Part shown: in pieces, positions 1 through 8,758 of the stretch
Position numbering within the stretch: the stretch's first letter is position 1
Layout: the number at the start of each line of letters is the position of its first letter
From: a virus
Taxonomy: Duplodnaviria; Caudoviricetes
Strand: one strand, 5' to 3'
Length of the DNA stretch: 57,822 nt
IMG/VR virus record: IMGVR_UViG_3300043640_000164
Location: 1-57,822 of that record
The notes under the pieces: model-generated
Seen by the model: the letters and a program-made list of their open reading frames with translations, nothing else
Database searches by the model: none
What the model was told of the DNA's origin: nothing
Translations under genes and position numbers: made by a program

Positions 1-126
1 CTGCGAGCAAGGCGAGACAGCTGGCCGCTGCCGCTGACGAGCGGTGGGCGGGGCTGGCCACGCAGACCCGTGAGGCGCACGGGCGTCTGGACGCGGCAGG
101 GGTCGGGCGCGTTGACCATGAGGGCA
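1..126. repeat. Terminal direct repeat, copy 1 (circular assembly overlap)
   Basis: 1-126 is identical to 57678-57803. Confidence 0.97.
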
Positions 127-344
127 CGTGGCTCAGCCTGGCGGACCGAATCGACGCGCTCGCCTCGGGCGCAGTGCCACGGGGTTTTGAACAGTTGGTT
201 CACGACGTGCGCGAGATGTTGCAGGCCAACTACCCCGAGTCCCTCTTCGGCGCCGACGAGCCGGCGATGCCGGGGCCGCGGTTCGTCCAGGCGCTCTACG
301 AAGCACTAGCACTACTGCCGTCCGACCTTGATGAGGCCGCTTGA
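3..344 (+). CDS. Hypothetical protein, 3' part of the gene crossing the circular junction (starts at ATG 57668)
   Basis: Frame MTDPASKARQ...DHEG continues through the repeat into TWLSLADRID...DEAA-TGA; TGATG coupling to the next gene. Confidence 0.8.
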   Translation, partial: ASKARQLAAAADERWAGLATQTREAHGRLDAAGVGRVDHEGTWLSLADRIDALASGAVPRGFEQLVHDVREMLQANYPESLFGADEPAMPGPRFVQALYEALALLPSDLDEAA

Positions 345-565
345 TGGAGCGCACGCGACCCCTCGTCGCCCGGCTGGCCAACCACGACGCCACGTGCCCG
401 CGCTGCGGACAGGCCATCCTCGGCTTCGACGGCAAGCTCGGCGATGTCGACATGCTGCGACCACCTCAACACCCGCTCGATTTGCTCGACGCCATCGTCA
501 AGGTCGACGGTCGGTGGGTCCACGCCGACTGCGCCGCGGACGCTGGCTACAGGGTGATCGGATGA
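344..565 (+). CDS. Small zinc-finger-like protein
   Basis: CPRC...HADC motifs; overlapping stop/start coupling on both sides. Confidence 0.65.
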   Translation: MERTRPLVARLANHDATCPRCGQAILGFDGKLGDVDMLRPPQHPLDLLDAIVKVDGRWVHADCAADAGYRVIG

Positions 566-963
566 GCACCGACCTCGCAGCGCAGGTCGCGCGGCTCACC
601 GCCGAGCGCGATGGGTGGATCCGCTCGTTCGACCGGCTCGGGGCCGCGATCAATCACCATGAGCGCGACAAGTTCGCGGCGCCCTGGTGGATCGCCGAGC
701 CCGACGAGCGTCTATGGGCGGCACGGACGCGGATCGCGGCGGCAGCGCCGGACGCTGGGCCGGCAGCCGCCGGCCAGGCGCACGAAGCGACGTTTTCGGC
801 CCGCGAAACCGGCATCGGAATCGAAGCCGGCTACGGCAGCGACGTCGCGCTGATCGCCGCCGCCGAGGCTGAGCGTGCCGGACTACCGCCAGTTGTCCGA
901 GACTCTATGGATAGCATCGACCGCGAGGCCGCTCGCAAGTTCACGGAAGGGGAGCGACCATGA
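562..963 (+). CDS. Hypothetical protein
   Basis: ATGA-coupled ORF beginning MSTDLAAQVARL. Confidence 0.65.
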   Translation: MSTDLAAQVARLTAERDGWIRSFDRLGAAINHHERDKFAAPWWIAEPDERLWAARTRIAAAAPDAGPAAAGQAHEATFSARETGIGIEAGYGSDVALIAAAEAERAGLPPVVRDSMDSIDREAARKFTEGERP

Positions 964-1304
964 ACATCCACAAGTGGCCTGACGTTCGGCGCCGCGCGGG
1001 CCTGCCGGCGAGCAAGACATTCCGACGCGGGCGCGTCTCGATGACGGTATGGCCGCGGTCGTTTCCGTGGCTGCTGCGCATCGGGCGCCGCGAGCGGTGG
1101 CTGTTTGACCGAGGGCAGAACCTTGGAGACGCAGCCGCGGTTGCTCCCGTTGACGCTGACTGGGCCGAACGGTTCCGTCGTGCCGCCGACGCGGCCGAGG
1201 CGCGGGGTCCGCGTGACGGCGTGGACCCGCGGGTCCATCAGGCCATGATCGACGGCCTTCGTGCGATCGTGGCCGACCTGACCGAAGGGCAGGCCGATGG
1301 CTGA
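960..1304 (+). CDS. Hypothetical protein
   Basis: ATGA coupling; GGAG RBS. Confidence 0.6.
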   Translation: MNIHKWPDVRRRAGLPASKTFRRGRVSMTVWPRSFPWLLRIGRRERWLFDRGQNLGDAAAVAPVDADWAERFRRAADAAEARGPRDGVDPRVHQAMIDGLRAIVADLTEGQADG

Positions 1305-1761
1305 GTTCCTGCGCGTGCCCGCGGATGTGCCTGGCGGGTTCATCACACGCATCGACCGCCTGGACGACGGCCGGGTCATGTGCTGCATCTGCATGGAGTA
1401 CAAGACCACCGACGAGTTGGCTCCGGTGGAGGGTGAGCCGGGCCGCAAATGGGACGTGTGCATCCCATGCGAGGCGGACGAAGCCCGCTACACGACCGAC
1501 CGGGGACCAGCAATGAACGCCGAGCGACGCAAGAAGGTCGACGCGCTCGCCGCCGAGCTATACGAGGAGCGCCACGGCGAAGCCCCGGGGGACCGGCCGC
1601 TCGGCCCCGGCTGGGATAGCTGGGAGGACGCACGCGAGAAGGTGGAGGGCCAGATGTGCCAGTGCGGTCACCCGCTCCGGCTTCACCTGGCCGCGGGTGA
1701 GTGCCCGTACACACGGAGCCACTTCGTCGCTTCGACCGGAGAGCAGTCGACCGATGGATGA
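1297..1761 (+). CDS. Cys-rich hypothetical protein
   Basis: CCIC, CIPC, CQCGH and C motifs; lies in the operon. Confidence 0.6.
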   Translation: MAEFLRVPADVPGGFITRIDRLDDGRVMCCICMEYKTTDELAPVEGEPGRKWDVCIPCEADEARYTTDRGPAMNAERRKKVDALAAELYEERHGEAPGDRPLGPGWDSWEDAREKVEGQMCQCGHPLRLHLAAGECPYTRSHFVASTGEQSTDG

Positions 1762-1945
1762 CTTCGAGGCTGTGAAACGCGCTGCCCTTACTACATGCGA
1801 CACGCTGCTCGCTGCGCTCACCGAGCTGAAGACAGCAGCCGAGGCGTGTGTGGATGCGGGGATCACTTCGCAGGCCATCGCGGACGAAGCGCTTTGCTTT
1901 GCGGAGGCCGCTGCGAAGACCGGAACGCGAGGGTTCGATGCTTGA
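1754..1945 (+). CDS. Hypothetical protein
   Basis: ORF MDDFEAVKRAAL in a tiled operon. Confidence 0.55.
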   Translation: MDDFEAVKRAALTTCDTLLAALTELKTAAEACVDAGITSQAIADEALCFAEAAAKTGTRGFDA

Positions 1946-2168
1946 CGGCCGCTGGCAATGGCGCTTCATGTTCGCCTCAGCACACCCCGACATAGTGGGC
2001 GTCCAGTGGCGGAATGAGCCACCGACGCAGGAGGAGGTCGCCGAGTGGGACGAAGACTTTCGGCCCGGCGCCGTGTGGGTCGAGAGGCGCTGGGTTACGG
2101 AGGGCGCGCCGACTCGCGTTGAAGTCTCCACGCTGCCTGTCTCGACCGGAACGGAGTCGTCGGCATGA
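1938..2168 (+). CDS. Hypothetical protein
   Basis: ORF MLDGRWQWRF; GAGG RBS. Confidence 0.55.
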   Translation: MLDGRWQWRFMFASAHPDIVGVQWRNEPPTQEEVAEWDEDFRPGAVWVERRWVTEGAPTRVEVSTLPVSTGTESSA

Positions 2169-2428
2169 CGGCCACCGATGTACTGGACCTCATCGACCGC
2201 ATGGCGCGTGAGACGGCTGGGGCGGCGAATGTGATGGACGCCGCGGTACCCGGGATGTTCGATGCGATCGGGGCCGGGAAGGGTGTCGCGGCTCGGTTGC
2301 AGGCGTTCGAGGATCTCCGGCGCGAGATCGTGACGGCCGGACTGCGCGAGCACGAAGCGGCCGACACCATCGCAACGAGCCGGGTCGAGTCACCTCCGGC
2401 TCAGGACCAGAAGGACTCCGCCGCATGA
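2165..2428 (+). CDS. Hypothetical protein
   Basis: ATGA-coupled ORF. Confidence 0.6.
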   Translation: MTATDVLDLIDRMARETAGAANVMDAAVPGMFDAIGAGKGVAARLQAFEDLRREIVTAGLREHEAADTIATSRVESPPAQDQKDSAA

Positions 2429-2700
2429 GCGTCGTCGTCGAGCAGATCCACGAGTGGCGGGTCTCCTGTCGGGTGCGGAAGGACTCGCCAGTCCGTCGGT
2501 TCGAGACGTTCAGCACGGCCGATCGGATGTGGGAATCCCAGGGTGGCGCGGAAACGGTCGCGCGCGACACGGCCCAGGACTGGGCCGACGCGGGCTACCT
2601 GGGCATCCGCTTGGAGATCCGGGAGGTCAGCGCCTGGCGCGGCGAGCGGCTAGCTCTCGCTCTTGGCGAGGCCACTGCTGAGAGCCGGGAGAAGTCATGA
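2425..2700 (+). CDS. Hypothetical protein
   Basis: ATGA-coupled ORF. Confidence 0.6.
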   Translation: MSVVVEQIHEWRVSCRVRKDSPVRRFETFSTADRMWESQGGAETVARDTAQDWADAGYLGIRLEIREVSAWRGERLALALGEATAESREKS

Positions 2701-3017
2701 TCGACACCGGCGCCGCGATCAAGCGGGCACTCAACGGGTTGTCGCAGGACGACGCGGCGCGCCGAATGGGCGTCACCCAGACAACGATCAGCTACTGGGT
2801 CAACGGCAAGCGCCAGCCGAAGCTACGAGATGTTGCACGCCTACTCGACACCACGGGAGCGACATGGGCCGACGTGTTCGGCCCGGCCGGCGGCGCCGAT
2901 GCGGACGAGCGCTGGTTGGCCGGCTACACCGCGGGGCTCGCCGATGCCCGCGCCGCCGCGGGGGCCGCGTTCGACAAGCTAGCCGAGGACACGCTGTTGC
3001 CTTCGAGGGACTCATGA
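2697..3017 (+). CDS. XRE-family HTH regulator
   Basis: LSQDDAARRMGVTQTTISYWVNGKRQP helix-turn-helix. Confidence 0.85.
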   Translation: MIDTGAAIKRALNGLSQDDAARRMGVTQTTISYWVNGKRQPKLRDVARLLDTTGATWADVFGPAGGADADERWLAGYTAGLADARAAAGAAFDKLAEDTLLPSRDS

Positions 3018-3107
3018 CCCACAAGACGATGAAGGCGCTGACGTTCGACGGCCCGCTTGTCCCCGCGGACATCCCCGAGTCGTTTGGGCCGAAGGACTGA
3101 TGGACTG

Positions 3108-3440
3108 ATGGGCGGCGACTTTTACTACAACCGCGACCACGAGCCGATCACCGCCGACGAGGCTGGTCGCCTTCTCATGGATCTCGCGGCGCGACATGTC
3201 CGCGTGACGGCGCTCGATGATGGCGTATGGGTCTCAACGGTGTTCCTGGTCGTTGACTACTCGTTTGGGTTCGGCGCTGGGCCGCCGGTGCTCTACGAGA
3301 CGATGGCCTTCGGCGTACCGGGCGGCCAGGAGTTTCAGACCAAATGGTGCACGCTCGAAGAAGCCGAGGCAGGCCACGATCAGGTGGTGGACGAAGTGCG
3401 CGCCGCGCTGGTCGTCCGCATGGGCAGGGACCGGTCTTGA
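3108..3440 (+). CDS. Conserved phage hypothetical protein (paralog of 54097-54411)
   Basis: VSTVFL..DYSF...PPVLYETMAF...TLEEAEAGH pattern. Confidence 0.7.
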   Translation: MGGDFYYNRDHEPITADEAGRLLMDLAARHVRVTALDDGVWVSTVFLVVDYSFGFGAGPPVLYETMAFGVPGGQEFQTKWCTLEEAEAGHDQVVDEVRAALVVRMGRDRS

Positions 3441-3539
3441 CCGACACGGCGCCGGTGTTCTACATCAAGGAGGCGTTGCGATGATGACGTTCGCGAAGTT
3501 CGTTGCGCGCCCGACGAGCAGTTGCACCCGAAGGGCGGA

Positions 3540-4223
3540 ATGACCCCTCGTCCCAAGACGGCCGAGGAGCTACGGGTTGAACTCGCGACGCTCCGGGAGC
3601 GCTACGAGATGCTGGCCGCCGACGTCCGCGACGCGATCGACCAGGTGGAGGCGGGCGTCACCCCGAAGCTCGTGATGCGACGCCTGGCGACGAAAGTCAG
3701 CTTCGCTGCGGGGCGCCGTTGGACCAAGGACGACATCATCGCCAAGGCGTGGGAATGGTTTCATCGCTACGACGAGACGCCTGCCGCTTCGTCGTGGAGC
3801 CCGGCGCAGTTGAAGTCCAAAGACCCGGACCCGAAAGTGCTTGAGCGATGGCTGGACGGCGAGTGGCCGGGGACGACGACTGTCGTGCGCCGGTTCGACG
3901 GATCATGGAACAAGATGCTCGACGCCGCTGGGCTGCCCCACAACGCGCACAGCCGCGGGGCGAAGCGAGCAGTCAACGATCATGCGGGTCTGCCGCTGTG
4001 GACCGGCTGGGACCTGATCGAAGGGTTCCGGAGTCGCGCAGGGATCCCGTCGCAGGCCGAACTTGCTCGTCGGGCCAACGTGTCAGTGGGAACCGTACGA
4101 GGCCTGGAGACTGGGGCGAAGGACAACCCGACGCTGCGCGTCTTCCTCGCTATTGCGGTGGCCCTTCATGTCCCGCCTGCGGCGATGCTCGATCACACGG
4201 CGCCGGAGCCGGAGATCTCATGA
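3540..4223 (+). CDS. Homing-endonuclease-associated-repeat domain fused to a C-terminal XRE HTH
   Basis: WTKDDII...WP.TTTVVRRFDGSWNKMLDAAGL plus SQAELARRANVSVGTVRGLETG. Confidence 0.7.
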   Translation: MTPRPKTAEELRVELATLRERYEMLAADVRDAIDQVEAGVTPKLVMRRLATKVSFAAGRRWTKDDIIAKAWEWFHRYDETPAASSWSPAQLKSKDPDPKVLERWLDGEWPGTTTVVRRFDGSWNKMLDAAGLPHNAHSRGAKRAVNDHAGLPLWTGWDLIEGFRSRAGIPSQAELARRANVSVGTVRGLETGAKDNPTLRVFLAIAVALHVPPAAMLDHTAPEPEIS

Positions 4224-4246
4224 ACTACAACAACATGGAGAACTAG

Positions 4247-4588
4247 ATGTCAGCACGAATCATGCCGCCCGACGAGGCGGCGGCCATCGGCCGCAACGTC
4301 GCACGTCTTCGCGAGGCCCGGGGGCTGACCGCTGAAGGGCTCGGACGCCTGATCGATTACACGGGCGTTTCGCACCTTGAGCGTGGTCACGGCTGCTCGT
4401 TGCGCACCATTCGTGATATCGCCGTCCAGCTCGGCGTGTCCTACGACCAGTTGCTGGGCGTGCCCGGCACGGGTGCGGCTGCTACGAAGAACGACGACTG
4501 GGAACAGGGCCGCCGCGCCGGGCTCGCAGAAGGCCTCGCAGCCATGCGGGATCTCGTCCACCGCTCCGACCCGAACGCCGAGGACTGA
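4247..4588 (+). CDS. XRE-family HTH regulator
   Basis: IGRNVARLREARGLT...VSHLERG...IAVQLGVSYDQLL. Confidence 0.85.
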   Translation: MSARIMPPDEAAAIGRNVARLREARGLTAEGLGRLIDYTGVSHLERGHGCSLRTIRDIAVQLGVSYDQLLGVPGTGAAATKNDDWEQGRRAGLAEGLAAMRDLVHRSDPNAED

Positions 4589-5118
4589 TGGCCCAGCTGT
4601 TTGCTCCCGACGGCGTGCCGCACCACTCGGCGGATCCCGATCACCCGTACTACTTTTACGGCGGCTGGCCATCGAACTTCGAGCCCGTCGCGCTCTACGT
4701 GCCGCCGCCGGTGCCGCCGCCGCAGACGGCCTTCGCTGACGTGCCGTTGTTGTACGCCACGGGGGAGCACTGGCTGCACTGCAACAAGGCGCGGACCTGG
4801 GACGAGCACGAGCGGATCCGTCGGGCGGATGGCCCTGGGGTGGCGAAGATGCTGGGCAGCCCCCGCGGCATTCCGCTCAACGCCGCAGAGGTCGCCGCAT
4901 GGGACGCGCGCCGCTATGACGTGATGGTGGTGGGCTTGCGCGCCAAGACCGTGCAGAACCGGCACGTGATCCGCGCGTTGCTGAATACCCGTGACCGCTT
5001 GATCGCCGAGGACAGCCCGACCGATGCGATCTGGGGTATCCGCAAACCCGACCGCTCGATGACCGGCATGAACCTGCTCGGCAAGGCGTGGATGCAGATC
5101 CGAAAGGAACTCCGGTGA
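4588..5118 (+). CDS. NADAR (YbiA-like) family protein
   Basis: SNF, EH..H..KA, AKMLG, W...RYDVM...LRAK..QN, LIAEDSPTDAIWG, GMNLLGKAWMQIR motifs. Confidence 0.9.
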   Translation: MAQLFAPDGVPHHSADPDHPYYFYGGWPSNFEPVALYVPPPVPPPQTAFADVPLLYATGEHWLHCNKARTWDEHERIRRADGPGVAKMLGSPRGIPLNAAEVAAWDARRYDVMVVGLRAKTVQNRHVIRALLNTRDRLIAEDSPTDAIWGIRKPDRSMTGMNLLGKAWMQIRKELR

Positions 5119-5122
5119 GACG

Positions 5123-5518
5123 ATGGATTGGCTGTTGAACCTGCTGTGGGTGATGCCGGCGCTGTATCTGTTGAGCATGCCCACGCTAGACGAACGTCGC
5201 CGCCGCAAGCGCGAGGAGCGGCTGCGCACCGGACGTCTGCGCTTTGAGCTGCTGGAGCTACAGGCGCAGCGCGGACGCGAAGGGCTCGAAGCTAAGCTCG
5301 TGGCCGACCTGACGCAGGTCTTGATGAACTCGCTGATGCGCACGGGCGACATGAGCTACGAGGACATCATCAAGGCGCTGCACGGCGAGGTGCCCGAGGA
5401 CATAGGCGACGCGCCGGTGGTCAGCCCGAAGGACGAATGGATCCTGTACTTCTGGCCGCGCAGGCGGCCGAGGCGGCGCAAGCCCGAGCGGCGGCGGCCA
5501 GGAATGAGCCGCTCGTGA
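5123..5518 (+). CDS. Membrane-anchored hypothetical protein
   Basis: N-terminal hydrophobic segment; 3' end uncertain. Confidence 0.55.
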   Translation: MDWLLNLLWVMPALYLLSMPTLDERRRRKREERLRTGRLRFELLELQAQRGREGLEAKLVADLTQVLMNSLMRTGDMSYEDIIKALHGEVPEDIGDAPVVSPKDEWILYFWPRRRPRRRKPERRRPGMSRS

Positions 5519-6069
5519 CCGAGGACGGCGACGACCGCACGCTAGAGGACGAGGCGGCACTCCTCGGCGGCCTGCGCATCATCGAGGGCGGCGGCGAGGA
5601 CCATGCGCCGATGGAGACACGCGAGGTTTCCCGCGAAGTGCGCTTCTGTCAGCACATGCGTGTGAGCCTGGACACCGATGCGCACCGCACGTTCTGCCGC
5701 GACTGCGAGACCGAGGTCGATTCGTTTGACTACATCTTGCGACTCGCGCGCGAGTGGGAGAGCTACGCGGCATGGGCGCGCCGGCATCGCGACGACGCCA
5801 AGCGCTACGCCGCGCTGGTCGAGGACACCAAGCGCCAGCTACGCAACGTCAAGGCTCAGCTGCGACGTGCTGGCAAGAAGGCGGCACCGGTCGCACCGGG
5901 CAGCGTCGAGGACGTGGTCTTGCGCTGGCTGGACCCCTGGCGAAAGGGACGCGACACGACCATGATGCCGGACATGCTGCGGTGGCTGTTGACGGCCAGC
6001 GATCCGAACGTGGAGGCCGCGGGCAACTGGCGCGCCGCTCGCGACGAGGAGAGGGCCGACCCCAGATGA
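5515..6069 (+). CDS. Zinc-finger and coiled-coil phage protein
   Basis: CQH...FCRDC..VDSFD followed by a coiled coil; GTGA coupling. Confidence 0.65.
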   Translation: MTEDGDDRTLEDEAALLGGLRIIEGGGEDHAPMETREVSREVRFCQHMRVSLDTDAHRTFCRDCETEVDSFDYILRLAREWESYAAWARRHRDDAKRYAALVEDTKRQLRNVKAQLRRAGKKAAPVAPGSVEDVVLRWLDPWRKGRDTTMMPDMLRWLLTASDPNVEAAGNWRAARDEERADPR

Positions 6070-6245
6070 GTGAGCATCGACCGAGCGATGCGGCCATCGC
6101 CAAGGCGCAGGCTGCCTACGAGATGGGCGAAATGAGCCTGCTCGAAGCGGTGTTCTATGCCGAGGCCCTGGGCGACATGGGGCCGCGGGACCGCGACGGC
6201 GCGGGCCTTGCTCCCGGCGAAGAGCAGGGGCAGGCTTCATCATGA
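6066..6245 (+). CDS. Hypothetical protein
   Basis: ATGA-coupled ORF. Confidence 0.55.
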   Translation: MSEHRPSDAAIAKAQAAYEMGEMSLLEAVFYAEALGDMGPRDRDGAGLAPGEEQGQASS

Positions 6246-6691
6246 CCTCGCCGAGGATCATGGTCACCGGCTCGCGGACGTGGACCGACCGGACGATCAT
6301 CCGCATGGAGCTGGCGCGGTGGTTCTCGGCAATGCCGACCATCGTGCATGGCGATGCGCGCGGAGCGCGAGGCACGGACGGCGCGGACCGGATCGCCGCG
6401 GAGATCGCCGTCACGTTCGGCTACGCGGTCGAGCCGCACCCGGCCGACTGGAGCCTAGGCCGGAGCGCCGGCATGCGACGCAACATCGAGATGCTGGGCT
6501 CGGACATCGACCACGTGGTGGCCTTCAACCACAACAATTCGCCCGGCACGGCACACGCCTTCACCAACGCCCGCGTCAGACTCATCCCGACGACGGTGTA
6601 CACGGTGCGCGGCGACGACTACCCGGGTGTGATCCGGCGAACGTGGGAGCCCCCGCCGACGCTCTTTGAGGTTGGACCATGTCGGACCTGA
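6242..6691 (+). CDS. SLOG-superfamily protein (YspA/DUF2493-like)
   Basis: IMVTGSR.W.D, IVHGDARG..GAD, HPADW..GRSAG.RRN.EM, SPGT motifs. Confidence 0.85.
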   Translation: MTSPRIMVTGSRTWTDRTIIRMELARWFSAMPTIVHGDARGARGTDGADRIAAEIAVTFGYAVEPHPADWSLGRSAGMRRNIEMLGSDIDHVVAFNHNNSPGTAHAFTNARVRLIPTTVYTVRGDDYPGVIRRTWEPPPTLFEVGPCRT

Positions 6692-6813
6692 TTGCTCTGG
6701 CGGTGCTGCTGGTTCTTATTGGACTACTCGTGGCCTTCCGGTGGTGGTCCTTCCTCAGGCTCTGGGCGGTAACGGCGGTCGTGCTGTGGACGCTGAGGGA
6801 CTGGTGGGCATGA
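6679..6813 (+). CDS. Small membrane protein (44 aa)
   Basis: MSDLIALAVLLVLIGLLVAFRWW...; GAGG RBS; ATGA-coupled to the next gene; absent from the ORF track. Confidence 0.65.
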   Translation: MSDLIALAVLLVLIGLLVAFRWWSFLRLWAVTAVVLWTLRDWWA

Positions 6814-7031
6814 GCGACTCAGACAACATCGACGACGAGACGCGACAGGCTCGACGGATCCGCAGGAGGAAGCGCCGACGCCGCAGGGGCGACGCGTCCG
6901 GTCGGCTCCTGCCGCCGCCTCCTCCTGAGCGGCCGATGACCTTCGACCTCAAGCGGCCGTTCTGGCAGAGGGTGGGCCTCGTCATCGTTGCCATTTACGG
7001 CTCCTACTACGGGATTGGATTGTTCACGTGA
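6810..7031 (+). CDS. Small Arg/Pro-rich protein with a C-terminal TM segment
   Basis: MSDSDNIDD...RRRKRRRR...VGLVIVAIYG. Confidence 0.55.
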   Translation: MSDSDNIDDETRQARRIRRRKRRRRRGDASGRLLPPPPPERPMTFDLKRPFWQRVGLVIVAIYGSYYGIGLFT

Positions 7032-7291
7032 ACGGCTTCCTGATCTGCGACAACGCCGGGCTTGCGTTCGGCTCCACCGCGGACCAGTGCTCCGAATGTC
7101 GCGAGCGCGTCATGGTGGCGCCGAGCGGCCGGCGGCAGGCTGCCGAGAAGAAACTAGCCATCCTCTGCGTGCAGTGCGGAATGAAGCACCTCACCGAGAC
7201 GGGCGCGAAGATCGAGCCTCCGACGCCGGATCAGCTGGCCGAGATCCAGACGAGGATCCTGTGGGACGCGGCGCACCGGCGCCGAAACTGA
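7028..7291 (+). CDS. Zinc-ribbon protein
   Basis: CSEC and CVQC motifs. Confidence 0.65.
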   Translation: MNGFLICDNAGLAFGSTADQCSECRERVMVAPSGRRQAAEKKLAILCVQCGMKHLTETGAKIEPPTPDQLAEIQTRILWDAAHRRRN

Positions 7292-7398
7292 CTGAGGTCG
7301 GGTGCCTGCCCGGGCCCGGCGGACAGACGTTCTAGTGGTACATCAAGTCCCGGGAGCCCTAGTGCCGCATGGGTTCAGCGGGGCCGCGCCCGGTAGGT

Positions 7399-7440
7399 GA
7401 CCTAAATGGGCGCCGCTATTGGGCGCGGCCCATTTAGGTC
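7399..7440. promoter_or_regulatory. 13-bp perfect inverted repeat (operator or hairpin) next to a -10-like TATGAT
   Basis: GACCTAAATGGGC-N16-GCCCATTTAGGTC upstream of the lipoprotein gene. Confidence 0.55.
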
Positions 7441-7527
7441 GGCTATGATCCCTCCAGATCGCGCCCCCGGGACCAACGGGGCGCCGCTTCAGCCCTGACC
7501 GCACACGACCGATTCAAGGATCAAACC

Positions 7528-7965
7528 ATGAAGACCACCACCACTGCCACCGTAGCTCTCGCTCTCGCCTTCGCGTTCGCCCTGTCCGGGTGCGCGCAGG
7601 CCGCGCCGGACATCACCCCCGGCCCCGCGCAAAACAACCCGCCCGCGGAACCGCAGCTGCCCGCGATGACCACGGCGACCGCCGGTCCTGCCGACGCTCA
7701 CCCGCCGGCAGACCCCAACCAGTACGTCTCTCCGTTCAGCGCGACTCCAGGCGAGGCGCAGTACAGCCCGCCCGCGGACGGCGGCACGGTCAACCCCGCC
7801 GCCGACGACGCGCCACGCCCGGCAGACCCGCATGTAGCGGTCGTCGCCATGCCGCGCGCGACTGTTGCGAGAGCCGCGCCAAAGGCCAAGCCGAAGCGCC
7901 ACGCCAAGCCCAAGCACACGGCCCGCCGCCGCACGATCATCACCAAGAAGAGCGCGGCTCGATGA
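7528..7965 (+). CDS. Lipoprotein, Pro-rich with a basic C-terminal tail
   Basis: Signal peptide with lipobox LSGC; AAGGA RBS. Confidence 0.75.
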   Translation: MKTTTTATVALALAFAFALSGCAQAAPDITPGPAQNNPPAEPQLPAMTTATAGPADAHPPADPNQYVSPFSATPGEAQYSPPADGGTVNPAADDAPRPADPHVAVVAMPRATVARAAPKAKPKRHAKPKHTARRRTIITKKSAAR

Positions 7966-8252
7966 ACAGAGACCGGGAGGACGAGCCGACGCACGAACAC
8001 GTCCGCGTCACGGACATCATCGGACACGTCGACCCGCGCGCGGACCACCGCGGCGGAGGCGGCTGGTATGCCACGTCGGCGGTTGTCACGCTCAGCCGGT
8101 TCACGGGCGGCAAGTACAAGGTCATCAACGGCATGGCCAAGACGACCCGTCCCGCAAGCGTCGAGTTCATCGAGGCCGACGTGTATCGCGGCCTTGACCC
8201 CGCCGCCGAGGTGCGGCTGTACCTCAAGCTCAACGGAAAGGCGGGACGATGA
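7962..8252 (+). CDS. Hypothetical protein
   Basis: ATGA-coupled ORF MNRDREDEP. Confidence 0.6.
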   Translation: MNRDREDEPTHEHVRVTDIIGHVDPRADHRGGGGWYATSAVVTLSRFTGGKYKVINGMAKTTRPASVEFIEADVYRGLDPAAEVRLYLKLNGKAGR

Positions 8253-8758
8253 GGCTCACCGGTATCGACCCGCACGCACTGCTGCTCTGGGCACAGGAGG
8301 CGTACGAGCACACCGCGCCTGGCGAGACCGTGGACCTGCACGTCCTCCCTACCCATTGGGAGCTGCGCGCGATCGACACCAAGTCCCTGATCATCGAGCC
8401 GGAGGCCGCGCCGGTGAACGCGCCGGTGAACGCGCGCGCCGAGACGCCCGCGCCGGTCGGCGTGCGCGCCCGAAGGGCGCCCGCGCAAGATGACGCTGTT
8501 GATCTCGGCCCGGCCCGGTTCACGCACGACTGTGATCACTGCGTGTACCTCGGACGGTGGCGCGGCCAAGACACCTACTGGTGCCCGCAGGGTGGCATGT
8601 CCACGATCGTGCTGCGATGGGGGCACGCCGGCCCCGAGTACGAGTCCGGCACTCATCTCGCAGGGGGCCTGCCCAACGTCCTGCGCTACCGCGCGCTCGT
8701 CGCCGAGGCCGGCCTACCCCTGGATGCTTCGACCGGAACGGAACCGCGCGATGTCTGA
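8249..8758 (+). CDS. Hypothetical protein
   Basis: ATGA-coupled; HDCDHC.YLG..DTYWC motif. Confidence 0.65.
   Translation: MRLTGIDPHALLLWAQEAYEHTAPGETVDLHVLPTHWELRAIDTKSLIIEPEAAPVNAPVNARAETPAPVGVRARRAPAQDDAVDLGPARFTHDCDHCVYLGRWRGQDTYWCPQGGMSTIVLRWGHAGPEYESGTHLAGGLPNVLRYRALVAEAGLPLDASTGTEPRDV

Noticed and set aside
1-126. Terminal repeat as a biological DTR or att site
   Set aside because: It falls mid-gene and its length is typical of assembly overlap; it shows circularity only
5437-5518. Possible frameshift joining the 5123 and 5515 ORFs
   Set aside because: The alternative frame looks protein-like, but a normal GTGA coupling explains the junction and no slippery site is evident
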